Origin: Verrucomicrobiota bacterium
GTDB lineage: Bacteria > Verrucomicrobiota > Verrucomicrobiia > Limisphaerales > AAA164-E04
Length of the DNA: 64,000 nt
Assembly: GCA_047947115.1 (NCBI GenBank)
Contig: CP170459.1
Location: 5,952,001 to 6,016,000, forward strand
Direction of reading: 5' to 3'
Within the stretch, counting starts at the first letter, position 1. Every line of letters begins with the position of its first letter. The position numbers were made by a program, and so were the translations under genes. The notes under the pieces are model-generated. The model was not told where the DNA came from, did not search any database, and saw only the letters and a program-made list of their open reading frames with translations. Below are positions 1 through 8,911 of the stretch, in pieces.

Positions 1-213
1 AATGACAATCTGGGAAAGGTAAGGAACCTTTTTGAGTTCATCCAGGATGGTTTGCAAAGCGGGACGTTGCAGTTCAGAATAGAGGCATGGCAGCATCAAG
101 GTCATGGGATGCTCTTTGGAATAGGTCACCAGATCAGCCTCCATCGATTCCAGAGATCGATGTCGCAAATGGTGAAGAGTCGTGATGATGCCGTTTTGAT
201 AAAAATCAGTCAT
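1..213 (-). CDS. gpgS: glucosyl-3-phosphoglycerate synthase-like glycosyltransferase, 5' part only (runs off the window edge)
   Basis: Not in the ORF track. Manual translation from the ATG at 213 gives MTDFYQNGIITTLHHLRHRSLESMEADLVTYSKEHPMTLMLPCLYSELQRPALQTILDELKKVPYLSQIVI, a typical N-terminus of this family. It starts 12 bp after the phosphatase stop. Confidence 0.75.
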   Translation of the reverse strand, partial: MTDFYQNGIITTLHHLRHRSLESMEADLVTYSKEHPMTLMLPCLYSELQRPALQTILDELKKVPYLSQIVI

Positions 214-225
214 TTCAGTCGTTGT

Positions 226-1140
226 TTATTTAATCGAAAGTTCGGTTGGGCCACCTTCACCGGGTGACAGTTCAAGTTGATGCAACAAAGCCAGCACTGA
301 TTCGCTCCACCCTTTTGGACCGCATGCTGTGGTGTGGTGAACTTTTTTGACAGAGGAATTAAGAGCAGGATTCACCGGGGATTTGACGGCAATTGACACG
401 TCGGCAGCTTCCAGCATCAGCAAATCATTCGGACCATCGCCAAGTGCTGCCATGCGAACCGCAGCACCGGCCTTGATTCCGAAGTATGATCTCAACCAAT
501 GCATCGCCTTCCCCTTGTCATGCATGCCGGATACCGTGTAGAACCGTCCCCCTTTCGAAACTTGCAAACCATGTCGTCGAAGTGCCGACCGAAACCTTTT
601 CAGATCCGATTCCATCCCATCAAAAATCAGGGGCTCGGAAAAATCACGCGTCTGCGCAGCCTCGGCAGCCAGCTCTGAAAGTCCGGTGACTTCCTGCAAA
701 GCTGCAATGGACAATTCAGAAAAGGATCGAAAGGGAATATGCTCGCAGTTTCGAATGTCCAGGATTGCCATCAGTATGTCACATCTGGGAATTCCCAACG
801 AGATCCACTGCCCCCTGTGAAAAAACTTTTTGGTGTCAGCCCAGAATGCATGAGGATCGGCCTGTTCAGGAATAAAAATACCCCCGCCATTTTCAACCAC
901 CATCGGACTCGTCACGCCAAGTAAAGCTGCATAGGACATGAGTTCCGCCCGTGTTTTACTGCTATTGAATACGAGCGGAATATTTAAGCGCCGCAACTCA
1001 TTCAGGGCAGGCAAGGCCTGTTCAAAGGCATAGGTATGGTGATCCAGCAAGGTGCCGTCCATATCCGTCACAACCACCCAGAAATCTTTTGAGCTGGCAG
1101 TGTCTGGAATCGTCATCTTTGGTGCTGTCAATATATCCAT
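226..1140 (-). CDS. HAD-IIB mannosyl/glucosyl-3-phosphoglycerate phosphatase
   Basis: DMDGTLLD motif I, NSSKT, KGKA and LGDGPNDLLML motifs; adjacent to gpgS. Start uncertain (1140 or 1116). Confidence 0.85.
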   Translation of the reverse strand: MDILTAPKMTIPDTASSKDFWVVVTDMDGTLLDHHTYAFEQALPALNELRRLNIPLVFNSSKTRAELMSYAALLGVTSPMVVENGGGIFIPEQADPHAFWADTKKFFHRGQWISLGIPRCDILMAILDIRNCEHIPFRSFSELSIAALQEVTGLSELAAEAAQTRDFSEPLIFDGMESDLKRFRSALRRHGLQVSKGGRFYTVSGMHDKGKAMHWLRSYFGIKAGAAVRMAALGDGPNDLLMLEAADVSIAVKSPVNPALNSSVKKVHHTTACGPKGWSESVLALLHQLELSPGEGGPTELSIK

Positions 1141-1173
1141 ACTCCTCGCGACAAACGTAGAACAACACACCTA

Positions 1174-1189
1174 AGCAAACGGGATGCCA
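1174..1189 (-). promoter_or_regulatory. sigma54 (-24/-12) promoter
   Basis: The minus strand reads TGGCAT-CCCGT-TTGCT, matching TGGCAC-N5-TTGCW with exact spacing, about 35 bp upstream of the phosphatase start. Confidence 0.7.
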
Positions 1190-1324
1190 TCAGCTTTTCG
1201 CCACCAAAAAACTCACCCCTTCATAAAGCACGTTTTCCACTGCCTTTCAGCATGTTAAAGCAATTGTCAATCAAACGAGAAACACTTTAAGGATAAGAGC
1301 GAGCATCATCTTCAGAAACATTCC

Positions 1325-1359
1325 TGCCAAAAATGAAACAGGCTGTCTAAAAAGACACA
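1325..1359. promoter_or_regulatory. tandem putative enhancer-binding-protein sites (TGY-N10-ACA)
   Basis: TGCcaaaaatgaaACA (1325-1340) and TGTctaaaaagacACA (1344-1359), about 135-170 bp upstream of the sigma54 motif. Confidence 0.45.
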
Positions 1360-1490
1360 GAGCATCTCTCATCTATTTCTAAAAAACGGCATTACCCACG
1401 TGTCAATCTGGAGTGCAGTAAGTCAATTCCGCTGACGACACCTCGGGGAATGGTGATGATTTCCCCACCAAAACTGTAGCCCCATTTTTT

Positions 1491-1546
1491 CTTAGTTACT
1501 TCGTGACTCAGTGTGAAGAAACAAAATCTCTCACAAAGACACTAAG
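1491..1546. repeat. short imperfect palindromic intergenic repeat, copy 1 (CTTAGT...GTGTGAA...TCTCTCAC.AAG.CACTAAG)
   Basis: A similar copy lies at 3926-3995. Confidence 0.55.
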
Positions 1547-1564
1547 TTTTTAGTCCTTTATTTT

Positions 1565-2767
1565 TCACTTACCGAAAAAGGGGTTCTTTCCGGTGGACAA
1601 GGCGTAGATGCTGCCATACTGCTGGGCAAAGCCGACATAAAGCGTTCCATCAGGCGCAAGCAAAGGACGACTCACCAATATAGGTTTGGCAAAACCAAAT
1701 CGTTCCCGGATGATTTTTTTCATCCCATTCCAATTTTGCGGCATTCGAAAATCCCCTTTCTTGGGAACCTCAAACACCCACTTCACGTCTCCATCCGGCC
1801 CCACGGCGGTTACCTTCGGATCGGCGGATGCCACAAATACAGTGCCGTCACGTGCAACAACGGGAGCCTGCATACTGCGGTATTCTCCAAGCTGTAGCTC
1901 CCACTTCAACGATCCTTCCGGGCTGATAGTTTCCAGCCAGCTATCCGTGCTGAGGACATGGATCGAGCCATCAGGCCCTATGACTGGCTCGGTCACTCCA
2001 TGATGGCGGGCATTGGAATAGGTCCAGGCCACCTCCCCGTCAGGTTGGATGGCGGTGAGCGTTAGATTCGTCGATCCGCCCCTCACATAAACCGTCCCAT
2101 CTGAAGCGACAGCAGGCGTGTCATACCAACCACTCCCCCGAAGATCCCACTGCAATGAACCTTCCGAGTTGAGACAATACAGATGCTCCGCAGAGACCAG
2201 ATAGATCGAACCATCTGGCCCAAGCGAGGCAGGACGATAAAGGGACGCGTCCGCAGCAAACGACCATTTCACCTGTCCTGATCGGGAAAGAGCCACAAGA
2301 TTACTACGTGCATTGAAATAAATGGTCCCATCTTTTGACACAACTGGAGGAGCCGAGCGGAAGAGCCTGAAGGCCGTTGTCTGCCACAACTCGGAACCAT
2401 CCGGCTTTTGCGCTCGAAGTGTCGCTTGTGCCCCCTGACCGTGAAACAAATAATAAAAGGTACCATCAGCTTCAACCGCTATGGGACGGGGAAATCTAAA
2501 ACCGTGAACACCCCTGGTAACGTTTGTCCGCAGCACCCCCGCCCGATCCAATTCCAGCAGGTTAGTATACGTTGAAGCCAGTAGACCACCATTCGGCCCC
2601 AACACAAAAGGTGTGCTCGTATCCAAATAAGGCCCGACATCCGCTTTCCATAAAACAGGCACCGGATAGGAAGGATTCCGCTTCAAAACAACAAAGCCAC
2701 CGATGCTGAGCAAAACAATGCCCAACAGAACGGGTAAGCATTTTTTGCTAAAAATACCTAATCGCAT
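1565..2767 (-). CDS. membrane-anchored PQQ-like/BamB-type beta-propeller repeat protein
   Basis: N-terminal hydrophobic helix; repeated P-x-x-G-x-DGT-x-Y ... G-x-x-KW units. Confidence 0.8.
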   Translation of the reverse strand: MRLGIFSKKCLPVLLGIVLLSIGGFVVLKRNPSYPVPVLWKADVGPYLDTSTPFVLGPNGGLLASTYTNLLELDRAGVLRTNVTRGVHGFRFPRPIAVEADGTFYYLFHGQGAQATLRAQKPDGSELWQTTAFRLFRSAPPVVSKDGTIYFNARSNLVALSRSGQVKWSFAADASLYRPASLGPDGSIYLVSAEHLYCLNSEGSLQWDLRGSGWYDTPAVASDGTVYVRGGSTNLTLTAIQPDGEVAWTYSNARHHGVTEPVIGPDGSIHVLSTDSWLETISPEGSLKWELQLGEYRSMQAPVVARDGTVFVASADPKVTAVGPDGDVKWVFEVPKKGDFRMPQNWNGMKKIIRERFGFAKPILVSRPLLAPDGTLYVGFAQQYGSIYALSTGKNPFFGK

Positions 2768-2883
2768 ACAGTCCTCTTTTTCTTCAACATCTGCGTCAAT
2801 CTGCGCTTATCTGAGGATAAAAAAACAAACAGTCAAAAAGCTTACCCTCCCCACCAACACCACCAAACAATCAATCCAACCAA

Positions 2884-3834
2884 CTACCCCCAAAACAAAG
2901 GTTTCCGATCATTGATCACCCCATACAAACGGCGGGTGTAAGCCGTATCCACTCCCAAACGTTCCCCCAGCTCAATGATGGCCCCGGCAAACAGTCGGCG
3001 TTCATCGGGTTTTTCCGGATTTTCAAAATCGCGTTGGAAGGATGTTTTTGTTTCGAATGGAAACTGAGTTCCCTTTTCAAGCGATCGCTGCACGATGTCC
3101 GCGTCCAGTGACACACCCAACTCTTTGGCAAGATTTGCAGTTTCATGCATGACTTGCTTTACTTCGCCTTTGAGCCCCGAGTCACCCAGCACCTCGCCCA
3201 ATGTTTTGCCAAACGCTGCCGTGACGATGCCGTATCCGGCGATGAAGATGAATTTCTGCCAGATATCTGATTGAATGTCCGACTTCCACTCGTGCTTGAT
3301 TCCAGCGCTTGTGAAAAGTTGCAACAAACCATCGGGCCGCATTTCTGGGTGTTCCGGATCAGGTCCCAGATATATTTTGCAAGCGCCACCTTTCTGTTCA
3401 ATCACCCCTGGTTGTTGAATGTGGGTTCCGATATATACGCAGCCTGGCAACACGATCCCGGATGAAATCTTTCGGCGCACGCGAGTTGCCACATCCACGC
3501 CATTGAGCAGGGGTAGAATGATGGTGGAAGGTTTGGTGCATGCCTCCAATTCCAACAGCACCCGGTCGAGGTCATATTCCTTAATACACAGCAAGACCAG
3601 GTCCAACGCACCCAATTTCGAGATCTCATCCGTGGCCAAAGCAGGGTGGGCAGTCCATTCGGGCTCATCCTGCGCCATAACATGCAGGCCGTTCGTTCGA
3701 ATCTGATCCAGATGCATTCCCCTGGCCAGAAATGAAACTTGCAATGCCTGCTCTGTTTTGAGCAACCGGCACAGCTTGGCACCGAAATATCCCCCCACTC
3801 CCCCTACACCAATGACTCCAATACTTTTAATCAT
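2884..3834 (-). CDS. panE: 2-dehydropantoate 2-reductase (PanE/ApbA family)
   Basis: GVGGVGGYFG Rossmann motif, LLNG, WQKF, TSFQRD. Confidence 0.85.
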   Translation of the reverse strand: MIKSIGVIGVGGVGGYFGAKLCRLLKTEQALQVSFLARGMHLDQIRTNGLHVMAQDEPEWTAHPALATDEISKLGALDLVLLCIKEYDLDRVLLELEACTKPSTIILPLLNGVDVATRVRRKISSGIVLPGCVYIGTHIQQPGVIEQKGGACKIYLGPDPEHPEMRPDGLLQLFTSAGIKHEWKSDIQSDIWQKFIFIAGYGIVTAAFGKTLGEVLGDSGLKGEVKQVMHETANLAKELGVSLDADIVQRSLEKGTQFPFETKTSFQRDFENPEKPDERRLFAGAIIELGERLGVDTAYTRRLYGVINDRKPLFWG

Positions 3835-3925
3835 AGATTCGAATCTTTTCGCCTACATGCTTTTCAATATAAACGACCGAAAATAACAACCTGCTCACAA
3901 CAAATACCCGGCAAACCTGAAACCT

Positions 3926-3995
3926 CTTAGTGCATTTGTGGCTTTGTGTGAACCCTTCTTCTCTTTTTCTCTCACGAAGTCACTAAGGCACGAAG
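3926..3995. repeat. short imperfect palindromic intergenic repeat, copy 2
   Basis: cttagtgcatttgtggctttgtgtgaa...tctctcacgaagtcactaag resembles 1491-1546. Confidence 0.55.
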
Positions 3996-4201
3996 ATTAA
4001 GAATATGAAGAAAACTAGAGATTGTTCCTGAAACCGTTGCTTTCGAGATGGAGATTAAATGATTCCAGCATGAATCTGCAAGAAGTGAGTCCTTGCGCCC
4101 ACATAGGATTTTCGTCAAGATGATGGCCATCCAGAGCAATGAATCAGTCGTGGCGTGTCATGTTTAAGAGATACAAGACGACTTTGTGATCAAATGAATT
4201 T

Positions 4202-5206
4202 ATGAAGAACAATGTATCAAACATCTTACTAACTGTAGCATGCATCGCCTTGTGGTCACTGGCCACTGGATGTGGGAAGCCGGCTCCCATTGAAAACGAA
4301 ACAGATGGCAGCACGGAAGCTCAAACAAACTCCACAAAGAAGACCATCGGGGTTTCCTTGCTCACTCTTAAAAATCCTTTCTTCAAGGTAATTGGAGATC
4401 ACATCACTTTGGAAGGAGCCAAATCGGGGTATGAAACCATCGTGCTCAGCGCCGATGAAGATGTGGCTAAACAGTCCAATCAGGTGAAGGATTTCATCGT
4501 GAAAAAGGTTTCGGCGATCGTTCTCAGCCCATGCGAATCCCGCTCGATTGTGCCGGTCATCCAGGAAGCAAATGAGGCGGGCATCCCGGTGATCACGGTG
4601 GATATTCCCTGCAATGAACCCGGGGTTAAAATCCTGACTCAAGTCGCTACGGACAACTATAGCGGCGGCAAGGAAGCTGGCAAAGCCATGATCGATGCAC
4701 TCGGCTCGGCGGGTGGCAAGGTCGCCATTCTGCATTTCGCCCAGGCTGAATCCTGTCGTTTACGGGTAAAAGGGTTTCGTGAAATCATCGACACGTACAA
4801 TCAAGCATCCCCTAACAAAATTGACATGGTCATGGAACTCGAGGGTGGTGGCGACAAAGCCATCGGTTACAAAGCGGCCGAGGACGCCCTGCAAGCCCAC
4901 CCCGATCTGCGCGGCATTTTTGCCATCAACGATCCTTCCGCCCTGGGCGCCAGAGCTGCTCTGGAGAAGGCTGGCAAGGCCGATCAAGTGTTGATTATCG
5001 GTTTCGATGGCCAACCGGAAGGCAAACAGGCCATCAAGGACGGAAAGATCTATGCCGATCCGATCCAGTTTCCGGATCGCATGGGTGTCGAGGTGGTCAA
5101 ATCCATCATCGCCCATTCCAAAGGCGAGGATGTGCCACCGGAACAGTTGATTCCAACCAGCCTTTACCGCCAGGAAGACGGACTTAAAGATCCGGACTTG
5201 CAGTAA
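4202..5206 (+). CDS. sugar ABC transporter substrate-binding lipoprotein (RbsB-like)
   Basis: Lipobox LATGC; NPFF, VATDNYSGG, FAIND and IIGFDG motifs. Confidence 0.9.
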   Translation: MKNNVSNILLTVACIALWSLATGCGKPAPIENETDGSTEAQTNSTKKTIGVSLLTLKNPFFKVIGDHITLEGAKSGYETIVLSADEDVAKQSNQVKDFIVKKVSAIVLSPCESRSIVPVIQEANEAGIPVITVDIPCNEPGVKILTQVATDNYSGGKEAGKAMIDALGSAGGKVAILHFAQAESCRLRVKGFREIIDTYNQASPNKIDMVMELEGGGDKAIGYKAAEDALQAHPDLRGIFAINDPSALGARAALEKAGKADQVLIIGFDGQPEGKQAIKDGKIYADPIQFPDRMGVEVVKSIIAHSKGEDVPPEQLIPTSLYRQEDGLKDPDLQ

Positions 5207-5232
5207 ACCGTCCACTTTCGACCAGATACGTC

Positions 5233-6093
5233 ATGAGCGAATCTACACCGGATTTCCTTCCATCCCTGGTAGGCTCCATGTCGGAAGGCGCAGCGGGCAA
5301 TCCAACCGTTGAAATGATCGAGGCAGCCTTTCGCCATCACGGACTGCACTACCGCTACATCAACATGGAAGTCGCGTCCGCCGATTTGGCGGATGCCGTC
5401 AAAGGTGCACGCGCCATGGGATTCAAAGGGTTCAATTGCAGTTTGCCCCACAAGGTATCGGTGATCCAACACCTGGATGGCCTGGGCAAATCCGCCGAGA
5501 TCATGGGGGCGGTCAATTGTGTTGTTCAACGTGACGGAAAGTTCATTGGCGAAAACACCGACGGCAAAGGATTCCTGGAATCATTAAAATCACTCATTGA
5601 TCCAGCCGGAAAGAAGATCGTCATCCTGGGCGCAGGAGGAGCGGCACGCGCCATTGCGGTGGAACTCGGATTGGCGGGAGCGGGGCAAATCACCATCGTC
5701 AATCGCTCGACAGAACGTGGTCTGGCTTTGAACACACTTCTCGTGGACAAACTTCAATTGGATTCAAATTTTGTTCAGTGGTCCGACACCTTTCAAATCC
5801 CAGCAGACACCGACGTGCTGGTCAATGGAACGTCTATTGGCCTTTACGATGGCAACGCCACCATGCCGATTGACCTCACGACTCTCAAGCCTTCCATCGT
5901 GGTGGCGGACGTTATATTCAGCCCACCTGAAACCTGGCTGTTACGCGAAGCCAAACAGGCCGGTTGCGCCACGCTGGATGGACTGGGCATGATCGTGAAT
6001 CAAGGCATCACCAGCGTGGATTACTGGACGGGGGTACGTCCCGAAGCATCCGTCATGCGCACAGCCGTCGAAAAGGCACTATCACTCTCTTAA
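5233..6093 (+). CDS. aroE: shikimate dehydrogenase-family protein (atypical AroE paralogue)
   Basis: GFNCSLPHK, GAVNC, GENTDG, GAGGAARA and DGLGM motifs; the N-terminal HSxSP motif is replaced by AGNPT. Confidence 0.8.
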   Translation: MSESTPDFLPSLVGSMSEGAAGNPTVEMIEAAFRHHGLHYRYINMEVASADLADAVKGARAMGFKGFNCSLPHKVSVIQHLDGLGKSAEIMGAVNCVVQRDGKFIGENTDGKGFLESLKSLIDPAGKKIVILGAGGAARAIAVELGLAGAGQITIVNRSTERGLALNTLLVDKLQLDSNFVQWSDTFQIPADTDVLVNGTSIGLYDGNATMPIDLTTLKPSIVVADVIFSPPETWLLREAKQAGCATLDGLGMIVNQGITSVDYWTGVRPEASVMRTAVEKALSLS

Positions 6094-6112
6094 CCATCCA
6101 AACCTTCAACTA

Positions 6113-7351
6113 ATGAAACGCATCATCCTTCCACTTCTTATGGCGACCACTCTTTTGGAGGCCAACAGCAAAGAACCCTTGAAGATCACCCTTACCAGCG
6201 TCCAGCAAAACATCCATGTCGACGCATGGCAAATGAGCGGAGCTGATATCACGCCGGAGGCACCTGGTTGGACGATCACCAAACAAACCCTACACGGAGG
6301 CAAACAAGAAGGCGTCGACCTCATCACAGTCAACAACGGCAAACTATCATTCTCCGTCATCCCAACACGCGGCATGGGTATCCTGAACGCGCGCATGGAA
6401 GACATCTATCTGGGATGGAACTCACCCGTCAAAGAAGTGGTGCATCCACAACACATTCGTTTGGAAGATCGAGGCGGACTGGGATGGCTGGAGGGTTTCA
6501 ACGAATGGATGGTGCGTTGCGGCCTCGAAAGCAACGGTCATCCAGGCACCGATTCCTTCATCAACAACGTGGGTGACGAAGCGGTCATGGACCTGACACT
6601 CCACGGCAAAATCGCCAACATCCCCGCCAGCGAAGTGGAAGTGGTCATTGATCGCGAGGCGCCCTACCGCATCCACATCCGTGGTCGTGTAGATGAACGC
6701 ATGTTTTACGGGCCCAAGCTGGAACTATGGACCGAAATTTCCACCACGCCTGATTCACCAGCCTTGCGCATCTCCGACACCATCACCAATCGTGGAGACG
6801 ATCCCCAGGAATTCGAGATCCTATACCACGCCAACTACGGTCCCCCCTTGCTGGAACAAGGTTCCAAATTCCTGGCTCCGGTTGCCAAAGTGATACCCTT
6901 CAATGATCACGCCGCTGAGTCGGTGAGCGAATATGCTCAATACCAGGGACCCACTTCAGGATTTGTCGAACAAGTTTACTGCATCACCGCCCTGGCCGGA
7001 CGCGACGGCAAGACCACCATCGGATTGGTCAATCGTGCCAAAAACAAAGGCATCTCCATGACCTACTCCGTCAAGGAACTGCCATATGTCACTCTGTGGA
7101 AAAACACCAATTCCGAAGGTGAAGGCTATGTCACCGGACTGGAACCAGGCACCAACTTTCCCAACAACCGACGCATAGAGCGTAAATTTGGACGGGTGCC
7201 AAAACTGAAATCAGGTGAAAGCCACAAGGCCACCATCGACTTCACCATCCTCAAAGGACGCCAACAAATCAGCCGACTGGAAGATCACATCCAAGCCTTG
7301 CAACAAAACCAGAAACCAACCATCGAAACCAAGCCCGAAGACAAGGAGTAA
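6113..7351 (+). CDS. DUF4432 / aldose-1-epimerase-like protein with signal peptide
   Basis: PTRGMGI, LHGKIAN, LYHANYG and GLEPGT motifs of the galactose-mutarotase-like DUF4432 family. Confidence 0.75.
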   Translation: MKRIILPLLMATTLLEANSKEPLKITLTSVQQNIHVDAWQMSGADITPEAPGWTITKQTLHGGKQEGVDLITVNNGKLSFSVIPTRGMGILNARMEDIYLGWNSPVKEVVHPQHIRLEDRGGLGWLEGFNEWMVRCGLESNGHPGTDSFINNVGDEAVMDLTLHGKIANIPASEVEVVIDREAPYRIHIRGRVDERMFYGPKLELWTEISTTPDSPALRISDTITNRGDDPQEFEILYHANYGPPLLEQGSKFLAPVAKVIPFNDHAAESVSEYAQYQGPTSGFVEQVYCITALAGRDGKTTIGLVNRAKNKGISMTYSVKELPYVTLWKNTNSEGEGYVTGLEPGTNFPNNRRIERKFGRVPKLKSGESHKATIDFTILKGRQQISRLEDHIQALQQNQKPTIETKPEDKE

Positions 7352-7404
7352 ACACTACGACTCAATGCCATCGGCATAGTGAACTTTGTTAACCGATCCG
7401 TTGC

Positions 7405-8889
7405 ATGACCGCCCCCTTACTTAAAATGACCGGAATCGAGAAACGGTTCCCGGGTGTGCATGCACTGAAAGGCGTGGAGTTGTCGCTTCAGCGTGGTGAA
7501 GTCCTCGCCTTGATGGGGGAAAACGGAGCCGGTAAAAGCACCTTGATGAAAGTGCTCGGGGGCGCCCACACGCCGGATGCGGGTTCCATTGAAATCGAAG
7601 GTCATCCGGTTCTAATTGATTCTCCGGTCAAATCACGTGAAATGGGAATTGCGATGATTTACCAGGAATTCAACCTGATCCCTGCCTTGTCCGCCGTTGA
7701 AAACGTGTTTCTCGGACAAGAGATCACGAGATCAGGATGGATCCAACAAGGTTCTGAAAAGCAAAAAACCCTGGAACTCCTTGCTCAACTGGGCATGGAA
7801 TTCAATGTAGACCTGCCTTGTCGCCGCCTGACCGTGGCCCAACAACAGGCCATTGAAATCGCACGCGCCCTCTCGCTCAATGCGCGCATTCTTGTGCTCG
7901 ACGAACCATCGGCAGTCCTGACCTTGCGCGAAGTGGACAAGCTGTTCGAAATCATCCGGCACTTGAAAAACCAAGGCATCGGCCTCATTTACATTGGTCA
8001 TCGCCTGGACGAAATCTTTGAGATCGCCGATCGAGTCCTGGTTCTGCGTGATGGAGCTAATGTGGGAGATAAAACGATTGCCGAGTGCTCCCGCAAACAA
8101 CTGATCGAAATGATGGTCGGGCGCGAATTGAAAAATGAATTCCCCCCAAAGACCTCGAAGTCCTCCACCCCCAAACTTCAGGTCAAAAACCTCAATCGAG
8201 GCCAAGCCGTGAAGGACGTGTCCTTCGAAGCATGCAAAGGAGAGATCCTGGCTTTGGCCGGACTCGTTGGAGCAGGACGCACCGAGTTGGCCCGACTCAT
8301 CTTTGGAGCGGACCGTCGGGATGCGGGCGACATACTTTTGGACGGCAAACCACTCACCATCCGAAATCCGCGCGAAGCCATTGCCGCAGGCATCGGTCTA
8401 CTCACCGAGGACCGCAAACTTCAGGGCCTGATCCTCCCCCACTCCCTGCGCGAAAACTTCGGTCTCCCGAACCTGAACCGGTTTGCGCCAAAAGGCTGGA
8501 TTCATGCCGCTCGGGAACGTGAGGAATTCAATCAATACGCATCAGCCATGCAGGTCAAATGCTCAAGCGAGCATCAAAAAGCGGGGCATCTATCGGGAGG
8601 CAACCAACAGAAGCTGGTCATCGCCAAATGGCTGGCGCGTCACTGCGATGTATTGATCTTTGATGAGCCGACACGCGGGATTGATGTCGGCGCCAAATAT
8701 GAAATCTATCAACTGATGAACAACCTGGCAGCCGCAGGCAAAACCATCATCATGATCAGCTCCGAACTCCCCGAAGTGCTCGGCATGGCTGATCGCGTGC
8801 TGGTCATGCACGAGGGGCGCATTACTGGCGAAATCACGGATGTTTCCAAATCATCACAAGAAGAAATCATGCACTACGCAGTGGCGTAA
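7405..8889 (+). CDS. sugar ABC transporter ATP-binding protein (RbsA-like, two ATPase domains)
   Basis: GENGAGKST, LDEP, LSGGNQQK, DEPTRGID. Confidence 0.95.
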   Translation: MTAPLLKMTGIEKRFPGVHALKGVELSLQRGEVLALMGENGAGKSTLMKVLGGAHTPDAGSIEIEGHPVLIDSPVKSREMGIAMIYQEFNLIPALSAVENVFLGQEITRSGWIQQGSEKQKTLELLAQLGMEFNVDLPCRRLTVAQQQAIEIARALSLNARILVLDEPSAVLTLREVDKLFEIIRHLKNQGIGLIYIGHRLDEIFEIADRVLVLRDGANVGDKTIAECSRKQLIEMMVGRELKNEFPPKTSKSSTPKLQVKNLNRGQAVKDVSFEACKGEILALAGLVGAGRTELARLIFGADRRDAGDILLDGKPLTIRNPREAIAAGIGLLTEDRKLQGLILPHSLRENFGLPNLNRFAPKGWIHAAREREEFNQYASAMQVKCSSEHQKAGHLSGGNQQKLVIAKWLARHCDVLIFDEPTRGIDVGAKYEIYQLMNNLAAAGKTIIMISSELPEVLGMADRVLVMHEGRITGEITDVSKSSQEEIMHYAVA

Positions 8890-8911
8890 AACCAAACGCA
8901 TACAGGTTCTC

